This document shows positions 38,072 through 47,114 of a stretch of 64,000 nucleotides of DNA, in pieces. The notes beneath the pieces are model-generated. The model was not told the DNA's origin. It saw nothing but the letters and a program-made list of their open reading frames with translations, and made no database searches. Made by a program: the position numbers and the translations under genes. Every line of letters starts with the position of its first letter. The stretch's first letter is position 1. The stretch lies in the NCBI GenBank assembly GCA_047150005.1, contig AP038806.1:3552001-3616000 (forward strand), written 5' to 3'. This stretch comes from Nitrospira sp. (GTDB lineage: Bacteria > Nitrospirota > Nitrospiria > Nitrospirales > Nitrospiraceae).

Positions 38072-41000
38072 TCAGCGCACCTGGCCCAGTATCAACTGTC
38101 CCTCGACCTCACCTTTCTTGACCGGATGCTGATTCTGGCCGGTCACCTCCGGAACTTTCTTCGACACATAGCCGTAGACTTCGTCGACCGTCACGATACC
38201 GTCCTTGTCGGCGTCGGCCTTGCCGCGCAACCCTTCCAGGAGATAGTAGGTGAACACGCCGTGTCCGAGATCTTCCCGCTCCTCGCTGACCTCGCTGGCC
38301 TTACTCGCGCTGAGCACGATCCGCCCCTTGCCTTTGGACAGCCGGGACAGAAAATTCTCGGAGACGACCGCCCGTCGGGAGGCGGTGGCGAACGTCCGGC
38401 CGGCCGTCGCGCCGCTGTAGCAGGAATCGCTGATGAAGATGATGCGTTCCGGGGTCAGGCGCTGGAAGATCGTTTCGATTTCCCTCATCGGCAAGCCGGT
38501 CGTATACAGGTCCCGCGGGTCCGCGTCGAAAGGGACGATGTATTTTTCCAACCCATCGTCGTCGCCTGCCGATGAATCGGCCTCCGGCGCGCCGTGACCG
38601 GCGTAGTAGACAATGACCGTATCTTTCTCTCCGGCCTTTCGTCTGAGATCGGTCCCCAGGGTTCTTTTGAGGTTCATCAAGGTGGCCTGATCGTTGAGCA
38701 ACAGGGTCGTCTGCTCCTTGGGAATGCCGATATGGTTGGCGAGATAATCATGGAAGGCCAGGGCGTCCTTGTCCGCATAGCGGAGCGGCTGTACCCCCTT
38801 ATAATGGGAAATGCCGATCACGACCGCCCAGATTTTCCCGCGATCGGCGACCCGCGTGACGTTGAGCGTGCGGGTGGCCGAGAGATTGTCGCGATCGACG
38901 GCGGTCACGACGATCTGATTCTTGCCTTCTCGCAACGCTAAACGTTCGGAGAACTCGATGTTGGTTTGAATATCCGACCCTTCCGATTTCACCGTGACGC
39001 CCCGGCTGTCCTTCTGGGTCACGAGCTGTCCGTTGAGGCGGATCTCGACCCGCGCAACCCCCTTCTCGCTCGCCGCCGCGCCGGCCAGATGGATCCGCTC
39101 GACGCCGACTTCCGTGCCGTCCGACGGGCTGGCCAGGGCGATGACCGGAGGCGCGTTCTGATAAAGCTTGACGACCGGCGTCCCGGAGATCGTCGGGACC
39201 GGCATGTCTCCCTTCACCGGTTCTTGTGATTCTCGAACGTCCGCCTTCGCAACCCAGCCGACTTCTTTGGGAGAAATCTGCACGCGATACCACTCGCCCA
39301 GTTCACCGGTCACGGCCAGACCCTGATCTTTCGGGGCGGAGGCGATGACGGACGCCTCGGCGCCGGCACCGCTGTGAATTGTCGCGGACTGGGCGCTCAC
39401 CGCGACCACTTTGTTGGTGACGACGATCTGCGGGGCGGTCTTGTGATCGACGGCGACCTTCATGGTGTCATCCAGGGTCGTGTGAAGGCCGCGCTCCTTG
39501 ATGAAGAGGCGAATCGGAATCTGCTCGTCTCGGATATCGCGGCCGACGAACAGGTTGACCGTGGCATGCTTGGCTTCGTCGGGCTTGAGCAGTCCGAGGT
39601 CTACCTGGCTCTTGCTGAGTTTCAAACTTGGGTTGGGCGGGATTGAGACATCCACGGTGGTGTTCTGGGCTTGGACCGCTCCGACGTTTTTGACGGTGAC
39701 AAGGAGGTCTACCGCTTCGCCCCGCTGCAGCCGCCCGTCGCCGTTTCCCACCGAGCTGCCGCTTCCGTCGTCGATGATTTGCAGAGTGTAGGCGAACCGG
39801 GGACGGGGCAAGCCTTTGAGTGCCAACACCGCATTCAGGTTCTCCGGCACGAAGCCGTTATATTCCTCGAATTCCACGCGAACAGGAATGCTGCCGTCCG
39901 GGCGGTCGGCCGGGACCTTGATCGTCACGACATCCTCTGCGCTCTGCCCCCCGTCGATCTTGCCCAAATAAAAGAGATGCCCGTCGAGGGCCGGATCGTC
40001 GCTCTTGATACGGGCTTGAAACCGGTAGAGCGGCCCTTTGCCTGCGTTTCGCACCGCCAGAGTCAAGGTCACTTCGCTTCCGGCCTTTGCTTCCATCGGT
40101 CTGATCGCCAGGTCTGCTTGGGCCAGCGGGGGAGGAGACGGCGGAGTACCAATCTCGTTGCCCCGCCGCTGCATCTTTTCGGACAGCTGCGCGCTGAGCG
40201 TCGGCGGCGTGGGCGGTTGCAACCGGACAATGCGGTCTCGACCGCCGGAGGCGACCAGGGCACCATCGGGCGACATCGCCAGCGACCAAACCGGTCCCTT
40301 GTGGCCGCCGAGGGTATGGCGTTCGTTGCCGGAAGCGACGTCCCAGACCCGCACGGTCCCGTCGGCGCCGGCCGACACCAAGGCACGGCCGTCTGAGGAA
40401 AACACGATCGTATGGACCTCTCCTTTGTGTCCGGTGAGCGTCAGGTGTTCCTGGCCGCTCTCGAGGTCCCACAGGCGGATCGAGCCGTCCGCAGAGGCGC
40501 TGGCCAACCATTGACTGTTAGGGTGAAACGCGAGGCCGTGCACGGCACCGGCATGTCCGGACAGGGCCTGCCGTTGCCGGCCGGTCGCCAGATCCCAGAG
40601 ATGCACCTGCATGTCGCTGCTGCCGGTCGCGAGTGTCTTGCCGTCCGGTGAGAACCGCAATGCGAAGACGACGCCGAATTGCCCGCGGACCGATTTCAGT
40701 TCTTTGCCGTTCGCGGTGTCCCACAGGCGGAAACTTCCGTCGTTCCCGCCGGAGGCGATCGTTTTTCCATCCGCCGCGAACGCCACCGCGCGGACCGCGC
40801 CGAACGTCGACGTCATGGCGCGCAACTCGCGTCCGGATGCCACGTCCCAGACGCGGATTGAAGTGTCGGCGCTGCCCGAGACCAGCAGGGTACCGTCCGG
40901 CGAGAAGGCCAGGGCATGCACTGCGCCCAAATGCCCGCGCAGGACACGTAAATCCCTGCCCGTGTCCGGTTCCCAGAGACGAATGGTTTGATCGGTTCCG

Positions 41001-41224
41001 GCCGAGGCGACGAGTCGGCCGTCAGGTGAGAACGCGACAGCGAGCACTTCGTTGCTGTGTCCGTTCAGTAGGCGGGTCGCCTGTTCGAGAGCCCGCGAAA
41101 CGAGAGGAAAACCCACGAGCCCAGAGATGAGCAGCCCGGCGAAGAAATATCGGCACATGATGCGGATGTTGCCCCGTCCGCTCACGGCGCTCTCCTCGGC
41201 CCAGCACACTGCAGAAACGGCCAT
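38072..41224 (-). CDS. WD40 (7 blades), Ig-like, SH3b and caspase-family (C14) protease; probably exported (alternative start 41158)
   Basis: 7 GH..V..AFSPDG-type repeats; GELGEWYRVQ...GWV SH3b; WAVVIGISHY, YYAGHG and ISDSCYSG. Confidence 0.9.
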   Translation of the reverse strand: MAVSAVCWAEESAVSGRGNIRIMCRYFFAGLLISGLVGFPLVSRALEQATRLLNGHSNEVLAVAFSPDGRLVASAGTDQTIRLWEPDTGRDLRVLRGHLGAVHALAFSPDGTLLVSGSADTSIRVWDVASGRELRAMTSTFGAVRAVAFAADGKTIASGGNDGSFRLWDTANGKELKSVRGQFGVVFALRFSPDGKTLATGSSDMQVHLWDLATGRQRQALSGHAGAVHGLAFHPNSQWLASASADGSIRLWDLESGQEHLTLTGHKGEVHTIVFSSDGRALVSAGADGTVRVWDVASGNERHTLGGHKGPVWSLAMSPDGALVASGGRDRIVRLQPPTPPTLSAQLSEKMQRRGNEIGTPPSPPPLAQADLAIRPMEAKAGSEVTLTLAVRNAGKGPLYRFQARIKSDDPALDGHLFYLGKIDGGQSAEDVVTIKVPADRPDGSIPVRVEFEEYNGFVPENLNAVLALKGLPRPRFAYTLQIIDDGSGSSVGNGDGRLQRGEAVDLLVTVKNVGAVQAQNTTVDVSIPPNPSLKLSKSQVDLGLLKPDEAKHATVNLFVGRDIRDEQIPIRLFIKERGLHTTLDDTMKVAVDHKTAPQIVVTNKVVAVSAQSATIHSGAGAEASVIASAPKDQGLAVTGELGEWYRVQISPKEVGWVAKADVRESQEPVKGDMPVPTISGTPVVKLYQNAPPVIALASPSDGTEVGVERIHLAGAAASEKGVARVEIRLNGQLVTQKDSRGVTVKSEGSDIQTNIEFSERLALREGKNQIVVTAVDRDNLSATRTLNVTRVADRGKIWAVVIGISHYKGVQPLRYADKDALAFHDYLANHIGIPKEQTTLLLNDQATLMNLKRTLGTDLRRKAGEKDTVIVYYAGHGAPEADSSAGDDDGLEKYIVPFDADPRDLYTTGLPMREIETIFQRLTPERIIFISDSCYSGATAGRTFATASRRAVVSENFLSRLSKGKGRIVLSASKASEVSEEREDLGHGVFTYYLLEGLRGKADADKDGIVTVDEVYGYVSKKVPEVTGQNQHPVKKGEVEGQLILGQVR

Positions 41225-41273
41225 CGACGAAATGACGTCGAGCGCTCTTCCCCGACAAGCCTTGTCTCCCTTG

Positions 41274-41299
41274 GTCGATTGCAGGCTCTGATCGGTTCA
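41274..41299 (-). promoter_or_regulatory. Putative ECF promoter TGAACC-N16-CGAC at the head of the cluster
   Basis: Minus strand TGAACC-gatcagagcctgcaat-CGAC. Confidence 0.7.
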
Positions 41300-41448
41300 A
41301 GCGGGGGCTAGTCTAGGGATACCCCCTGCGGGAAGTCAATGAAGAGGGGCCGCCCTATACGAAAGGTGGGGGCCATCTGACGGTAAGGATACGGCGAATG
41401 AACAAAATGGAGCGGACAACGGTGGGAGAGAGAGAGTAGGGGTACAGG

Positions 41449-41691
41449 CTAGGCAGCCCGGATCTTACTCATGAACTTGTGGTAGCACGTGGGGCAGTAC
41501 GTGTGCGTGAAGAGGCATTCCCGCGGATCAATCTGCTGTGTCTCTTCATAGAGACGCGACGTGACCCACCGCTCTGGGGCCGAGGGTCCCTCGGACTCCA
41601 CGCGGATCAGTCCGCATATGCAGCAGACGGGGAGCAACGACTTCTCCTTCGTCTGGTTTTCCATTCTTTCAGGCTGAGTGGCGTGTGTCAT
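41449..41691 (-). CDS. Small Cys-rich putative Zn-binding protein
   Basis: LPVCCICGLIR...FTHTYCPTC. Confidence 0.68.
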   Translation of the reverse strand: MTHATQPERMENQTKEKSLLPVCCICGLIRVESEGPSAPERWVTSRLYEETQQIDPRECLFTHTYCPTCYHKFMSKIRAA

Positions 41692-41848
41692 GACTGAGTT
41701 TCATCCAATCGCGAATGTCCTACTTTAACAGTTGCCGATCATCCTTGAAAAGATCGGCGAGAAAAAAAATGAACTTTTTTTCCACCGGCCCTAGGGGTCA
41801 CCCTAGGTCGTGACTCGAAAAAATACCAGGCGGCACTTGTGGGAATTA

Positions 41849-42063
41849 CTAGCCCGCATTATTCATGACGGTTCGTGACGAAACCGCCGAGACGCCAAGC
41901 GAGACGGGCACGCGGAGTCCCGCGCGGCCGAGACGTACTCGTGCAGTACGTTGAGGCCGCGTGGGGCGAGCCTGCCCGCTGGCCGCGCGAAGCTCGCGGC
42001 CAGGCTCGTCGCAGCGGCGTATGGGCGGTTGCAGTAGAAGCGGTCATGAATAATGCGGGCTAG
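41849..42063. mobile_element. MITE-like element, 215 bp
   Basis: Perfect 21-bp TIR ctagcccgcattattcatgac; CTAG at both ends; central acgtact-cgtgc-agtacgt palindrome. Confidence 0.85.
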
Positions 42064-42136
42064 GCGCTGCTTCAGTGCCGTGAATGCATCAAGAGAGGTG
42101 GACGTGACGCCCCGTCCTGCCGGTTTGTGACTTCGG

Positions 42137-43141
42137 TTATTGCGGGACGTGATCCCCTTTCGAAACGACCCAGATGTGACGAAACACGACGGGGTCGCCG
42201 TGACCTTGAAGATAGAGCACGTCCGGCAGCGGTCCTTCCGGCGCGCGGCCCGGAGTACCGTGAGACAATTCTAAATCGTCGTGAATCACCACACCATTGT
42301 GGCGGACGGTCACGCGGGCGTTCCGCTGCTTCTTCCCCTCTTGATCAAAGCGTGCAGCCGTGAAGTCGACATCGTAGGTTTGCCACGTGAGCGGTGGAAA
42401 GCTCATATTGACCGACGGCGCGGCAATACTGTAGATGCCGCCGCATTCGTCGTGTCCGGTCTCGAACCCAAAGGAATCCAGAATCTGCAGTTCGTACCGG
42501 TTTTGCAGATAGACGCCGCTGTTGCCGCGGCCTTGTCCTCTCGCCTCCGGTTTGAATGGAACGCGGAACTCTAGATGCAACAGATGGTCGCCGAACGTCT
42601 GTCGGCTTGCGGCATCCGCGGCCAGGAGATTCTTCATAACGATCTTGCCGTTCGTGAAGGCTTCGGCAGTGTTTCCGTCGAACAGGACGACCGCGCCCGG
42701 AGGCGGCGCGCTTCCCAGCGTGGGACTCTTCCGTTCAATGCGTGTCAAGGCTCCCATTTGCGACTGATCCTGACCGTAGAGGGTCAGGACTCCCTGTTTG
42801 ATGGTCGCGTGCCAGGAATCGAGATGAAAGGTCGTGCCATCCTCACCGGAGATTCCATCGGCTGTCATGCTTCGATCACCTGGTTGCCCGCCCTGTCCCG
42901 GCAAGCCACCCGAGAAGAGGACGAGATGAAACCGCTTCTGTCCCAAAGCGGTGACCTGTGCGCCCCAGCGGCCTTCGCCGAGTTCACTATGAGACATTCC
43001 GAGGTATTCGCCTTGGATTTCGAGATCCGGCCCGGCGTTGGTGGGATCCGTAAATACTCCGGGACGATCCTGCGCTCTACCGACTGTCGGGGCGATCAAC
43101 AGCAGGCAGAGTACCAAGACCTTCTCCCACCAGGTGCGCAT
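42137..43141 (-). CDS. DUF1080 (3-keto-disaccharide hydrolase family) secreted protein
   Basis: VLFDG, LHLEF, GNSGVYLQNRYELQILDS, WQTYDV, LQGHGDPVVFRHIW. Confidence 0.88.
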   Translation of the reverse strand: MRTWWEKVLVLCLLLIAPTVGRAQDRPGVFTDPTNAGPDLEIQGEYLGMSHSELGEGRWGAQVTALGQKRFHLVLFSGGLPGQGGQPGDRSMTADGISGEDGTTFHLDSWHATIKQGVLTLYGQDQSQMGALTRIERKSPTLGSAPPPGAVVLFDGNTAEAFTNGKIVMKNLLAADAASRQTFGDHLLHLEFRVPFKPEARGQGRGNSGVYLQNRYELQILDSFGFETGHDECGGIYSIAAPSVNMSFPPLTWQTYDVDFTAARFDQEGKKQRNARVTVRHNGVVIHDDLELSHGTPGRAPEGPLPDVLYLQGHGDPVVFRHIWVVSKGDHVPQ

Positions 43142-43318
43142 AGGTTCTCACTGGTAAGTCGATGGTACCGAGGTGGGGGCGGGCTTGCAAGACGTGCCGG
43201 CGACAGAGAGCTGCGGGCGACCTCGATGACCCGTTTCCTCTTGCGTCATGCCCGCGAAGGCGCGCATCCACTCCTCGATCAAGCCTCATCGCTGATGAGA
43301 AAGCCTTGACTGGATTCC

Positions 43319-44353
43319 CTAGATTCACAAACGAAGTGCAACACCTGTGGGGTAAGGTGTTGCAATGGGACGACACTATGCGCAGCTCTCCTTGGAAGAC
43401 CGGTGTACGATTGCCCGGGCTCGCGAAGCCGGGCAAACCATCCGCCAAATTGCAGCAGCTCTGGATCGCGCGCCATCGACCATTCTGCGGGAACTGAGGC
43501 GCAATCGCGGCGCCCAGGTGGGCTATGCGCCTGCCTATGCCCAGGAGCAGACCCGCAGCCGCCGCTGGCGCGGGAGTCGTCTGCTCCGGCAACCGGCGCT
43601 GCAGGCCCACGTCCTGCGCTGGTTGGGGCAGGGCTGGTCGCCCGCTCAAGTCGCCGGCCGGCTCAAGCGCGACGGCTGCGCGCTGCGCATCAGCTCCGAG
43701 TCGATCTACCGCTTCATCGCCAGCCAGATCCGCCGGACGAAAGACTATCGCTGGCGGCATTATTTGCCGCGGGGCAAAAGCAAACGCGGGTGGCGGGGGC
43801 GCAAAGGCGGCAGTGCCGTGGACCACATCCGCAGCCGCGTCCCCATTAGCGAGCGACCGGCGGCGATCCAGCAGCGGCAGGACCCTGGCCATTGGGAGGC
43901 CGATCTGATGCTGTTTGCGAAATATGGCCAGGCGGTCCTGGTGACGCAGGAACGCCGCTCGCGCGTGTTGGTGGCCAGCCGGCAACCCACGAAGGGGGCC
44001 CAGCCGGTGGCCGCCCGACTCACGGCGCTGTTTGCCGCCCTGCCTCCGGCCCTGCGCCGGACCATCACGTTCGATAACGGCACGGAGTTCGCGTATCACG
44101 ATCAGCTGCACCCGCTCGGCATGCGCACCTACTTTTGTGACCCGCATGCCCCGTGGCAAAAAGGGGGTATCGAAAACGGTATCGGCCGGATGCGCCGTGC
44201 CCTCCCCCGGAAAACTGACTTGGCCACGCTCTCCACCCGCCGCTTGCTGGCGCTGGTGCGGGCGTATAATCACACCCCGCGCAAGTGTCTCGACTATGAG
44301 ACACCGGCCGAGGTGTTTACTCGTGATCTGTTGCACTTCAAATGTGACTCCAC
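43319..44353 (+). mobile_element. IS30-family insertion sequence (ends approximate)
   Basis: Imperfect 25-bp IRs at 43319-43343 and 44329-44353 sharing gaagtgcaaca. Confidence 0.82.
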
Positions 44354-44375
44354 CTGCCCGCTTCCGCGGGAATGA
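43365..44375 (+). CDS. IS30-family transposase
   Basis: HTH RQIAAALDRAPSTILRELRRN; GHWEADL, ITFDNGTEF, PWQKGGIEN, PRKCLDYETPAE. Confidence 0.95.
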   Translation: MGRHYAQLSLEDRCTIARAREAGQTIRQIAAALDRAPSTILRELRRNRGAQVGYAPAYAQEQTRSRRWRGSRLLRQPALQAHVLRWLGQGWSPAQVAGRLKRDGCALRISSESIYRFIASQIRRTKDYRWRHYLPRGKSKRGWRGRKGGSAVDHIRSRVPISERPAAIQQRQDPGHWEADLMLFAKYGQAVLVTQERRSRVLVASRQPTKGAQPVAARLTALFAALPPALRRTITFDNGTEFAYHDQLHPLGMRTYFCDPHAPWQKGGIENGIGRMRRALPRKTDLATLSTRRLLALVRAYNHTPRKCLDYETPAEVFTRDLLHFKCDSTCPLPRE

Positions 44376-44471
44376 CAAACTTCAGACCTTCTGATGGCAA
44401 ACTGACCCGCTACAGGCCGGTTTGACAGGTTGTCTCACAGAGCGATATGTTTGGGTTTGCTGAGGTGTGAT

Positions 44472-44624
44472 ATGCTCGGCCGTCTGATTGCAGCCTTGTC
44501 TCTAACCACCTTTGTCGTTCTCTTCAAACGTCTGGTGACACGCAGGCGACGTCCGCTGCCGTACCGCAAAGCGGAATCCAACTGGCCTCCTCACAGCTAC
44601 CGCGAGCCCTCGTCACGCTCCTGA
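44472..44624 (+). CDS. Possible small membrane protein
   Basis: GAGGTG RBS; hydrophobic helix followed by a basic patch. Confidence 0.35.
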   Translation: MLGRLIAALSLTTFVVLFKRLVTRRRRPLPYRKAESNWPPHSYREPSSRS

Positions 44625-44862
44625 ATCCCTCTTTTGCTCCTTACATATGCCCATATAAAGGAGAGTGTCCTCCGGTGGCCAGACCAAGCTGCTCGACGGT
44701 TCCAAATCATAACAGATTGTTATCATTTATCTATTTCGATATTTCAACTCGTTGGCCGAACGGCAGGCAACCGACAGCCAGGACCTTCGGGGTCCTCACC
44801 TGGCTGATGCGCCAGGTGCGCATCCCTCTAATGGGAAGTAATCTATCGGTAGGTACTACGGA

Positions 44863-45240
44863 ATGGCCGATCCTCGCAGCCACACAAGGATTCCAGTCCG
44901 AGTCTCGGGCTGTTTTGCATTTGGATCGGGCGGTTGGGTCGAAGGGATTGTTGTCGATCTGGCCGCCGGAGGCTGTCGTATTGAAACCAGGGCCAGAATC
45001 CAGCCGCCCAGCTATCTGCAATTGATCCTGACTGCGTCCACCGAAGACCTGCCCATCAGTATCGATCTTGCCGTGGTTCGATGGGTAAAAGAGGGTCAGG
45101 TGGGAGTGCGCTTTCTCAGCCTACAGACCGAACAACAAGAACGACTCCGCTGGCTTCTCGCTCGAGACGGTCAGAGCCTCGATCTCCCCAGCATGTCACG
45201 GGTCCTGGAGACAGCAAGACTTTCCACTGAGAATGTGTGA
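44863..45240 (+). CDS. PilZ-domain protein
   Basis: RSHTR (RxxxR) and DLAAGG (DxxxxG); AVVRW...GVRF. Confidence 0.85.
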   Translation: MADPRSHTRIPVRVSGCFAFGSGGWVEGIVVDLAAGGCRIETRARIQPPSYLQLILTASTEDLPISIDLAVVRWVKEGQVGVRFLSLQTEQQERLRWLLARDGQSLDLPSMSRVLETARLSTENV

Positions 45241-45249
45241 AGCCTGTCG

Positions 45250-45456
45250 TTAGGCCTCGACGCTCACCGTCTTAATGGCCGCTTTTACTTTCGCCGCCAT
45301 TTCAGGTGGAATAGCCGTGAGCTTGTGACACATCTTGGCATGCTCGCCGGTCAGCCGTAAGACTTCATCCTCCGTTTCAGCCCGCACCTGAAACGCGCAT
45401 CCACCCTTCGGATCGACATCCAGACAACCGAGTTGTTTGTAGGGCTTTGAAGCCAT
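45250..45456 (-). CDS. DUF1059 small metal-binding protein
   Basis: CLDVD...CAFQVRAETEDEVL...HAKMCH. Confidence 0.85.
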   Translation of the reverse strand: MASKPYKQLGCLDVDPKGGCAFQVRAETEDEVLRLTGEHAKMCHKLTAIPPEMAAKVKAAIKTVSVEA

Positions 45457-45565
45457 GACGCCCTCCTGTTGGAAGGATTTGAAGGTCACGCACTCAGGAG
45501 GAATTATGAAGCATCGACGCCATCGACCGCAACAGGAAGATAGCCGTCAATTCTCGAAAGCCACA

Positions 45566-45960
45566 TCAGAGCATTTTCTGCATGTAGATCACATGCAGCC
45601 ATCGATCGAACTTGTGACCGACCTCATGGAGTCGACCAATTTGTGTGAAGCCGGCGGCGGCATGAAGCGCAATGCCGGCCGGCTGCTCGGAGTCGATGCC
45701 CGCAATCATCGTGTGATGGCCGACCGCGTGCGCGCGGATGATCAGGTCGGCCAACAAGGCACGGCCGATGCCTTTGCGCTGGTGGTCGTGGTGAACATAG
45801 ACTGAGTGTTCCACCGTGCGTGCATAGGCGGCACGGGGATGAAAACGGCTGAGCGATCCCCAACCTACAACGGTTCCACGGGCATCAATGGCGACAATGA
45901 CAGGGTACTTATCGGTGTGGTGTTCGAACCATGCACGACGAGCATCGAAGGTTTCCGATT
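45566..45960 (-). pseudogene. 5'-truncated GNAT acetyltransferase (Pat/YncA-like)
   Basis: TVEHSVYV...GIGRALL, LHAAAGF, VGHKFDRW; the usual N-terminal segment is not recognisable upstream of about 45955. Confidence 0.65.
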
Positions 45961-46167
45961 CTACCACTACCTCAAAGCGCGTCCTGATTGAGAGGTCTTG
46001 AGCGTGAATCACGGCTGTTACGGTAGCCTTCAAAGAGGAATCTACATATGATGTTATAGTTTATGTATATCTTGCATAATATCGATTATACGATAACAGC
46101 TATACTCGAACTGGCACCTTTACCATTCATCTCCAGTCCGCATTCGTTTCCGTGTATATTCTGCGTG

Positions 46168-47034
46168 ATGGCAAAAACCAATCCCGATGATCCTTCCACT
46201 AATCCCGGCCGCATCAACGTCAAAGCCTTCGAGCAAATCGACGCAACCGCGAACGTCCAGGACTATGTCCACATCCTCGACGTCTTCGACAGCCTCGACG
46301 GAATCCAACGGCTCAAGAAAGCCGCGATCGAACGAGGTCGCATCCGGCCAGGGCTGTCGGTACTGGACAACGGCTGCGGCGTCGGCCTGGAGACGATCAA
46401 GCTTGCCAGACTCGTGGCCCCTTCAGGTCAGGTCACCGGCCTCGATTACAGTCGCAAGTTTCTGGATGAAGCGCAGCGACGGGCGGCCGGCCTCAATCTT
46501 CCGATCACGTACCGGCAAGGAGACGCGCAGCAACTGCCGTTCTCCAACGGCACGTTCGACGTCTCGAGGAGTGAACGCCTCTTTCCGTATCTCAGCGATC
46601 CGCGGCAGGCTCTGACCGAATTGATCCGTGTGACGAAGCCGGATGGATATATCTACCTGATCGAGCCGGATTTCGAGACAGTGACGATCAATCTGACCGA
46701 TCGAAGTCTGGTTCGGAAGGTCCTTCACTACGACTGCGACCACCATACCAAGAACGGCTGGATCGGTCGGGAACTGCCGGGACTATTCAAGTCTTGCGGA
46801 CTACTCGATATCGCCGTCGAAGCCAGTGTCGTCGTCTTCGAACCGGAGGGTTTTGGCGCGTACTTTCTGGAGATCGGCCGCGCCGCGGCCCAGAGCCAAG
46901 TCATCACCGCACAGGAACTGAAGCGGTGGGAGGACGACATCCATGGATTGCACGACGCCCATGAGTTGTTCTGCACGATCAGTTATTTCATGGTTGCCGG
47001 CCGACTACGCGAAGGGTCACGACAAGAAGCCTGA
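46168..47034 (+). CDS. Class I SAM-dependent methyltransferase (UbiE/type 11-like)
   Basis: VLDNGCGVG, GDAQQLPF..GTFD, RVTKPDG. Confidence 0.9.
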   Translation: MAKTNPDDPSTNPGRINVKAFEQIDATANVQDYVHILDVFDSLDGIQRLKKAAIERGRIRPGLSVLDNGCGVGLETIKLARLVAPSGQVTGLDYSRKFLDEAQRRAAGLNLPITYRQGDAQQLPFSNGTFDVSRSERLFPYLSDPRQALTELIRVTKPDGYIYLIEPDFETVTINLTDRSLVRKVLHYDCDHHTKNGWIGRELPGLFKSCGLLDIAVEASVVVFEPEGFGAYFLEIGRAAAQSQVITAQELKRWEDDIHGLHDAHELFCTISYFMVAGRLREGSRQEA

Positions 47035-47114
47035 CTACCTCGGATCACTGCTGGTGTTTATCCGCCGCCGCAGCTAGGGGAATGCCAACGCCGACGAGGC
47101 TCCACATCCCAGGA

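Larger units (their letters stand above)
43245..44377. repeat. REP-like palindrome (GTCAT.CCCGCG..GCG...ATCCA / TGGATTCCC-GCTTCCGCGGGAATGAC) split by IS30
   Basis: Left arm 43245-43270; right arm starts tggattcc at 43311 and resumes at about 44357-44377. Confidence 0.7.

Noticed and set aside
43077..44378. 433-aa minus-strand ORF (also 52358..53530, 56451..57623, 30925..32037, 58927..59865, 60423..61907)
   Set aside because: These are antisense shadows of well-supported genes in GC-rich DNA and carry no motifs.
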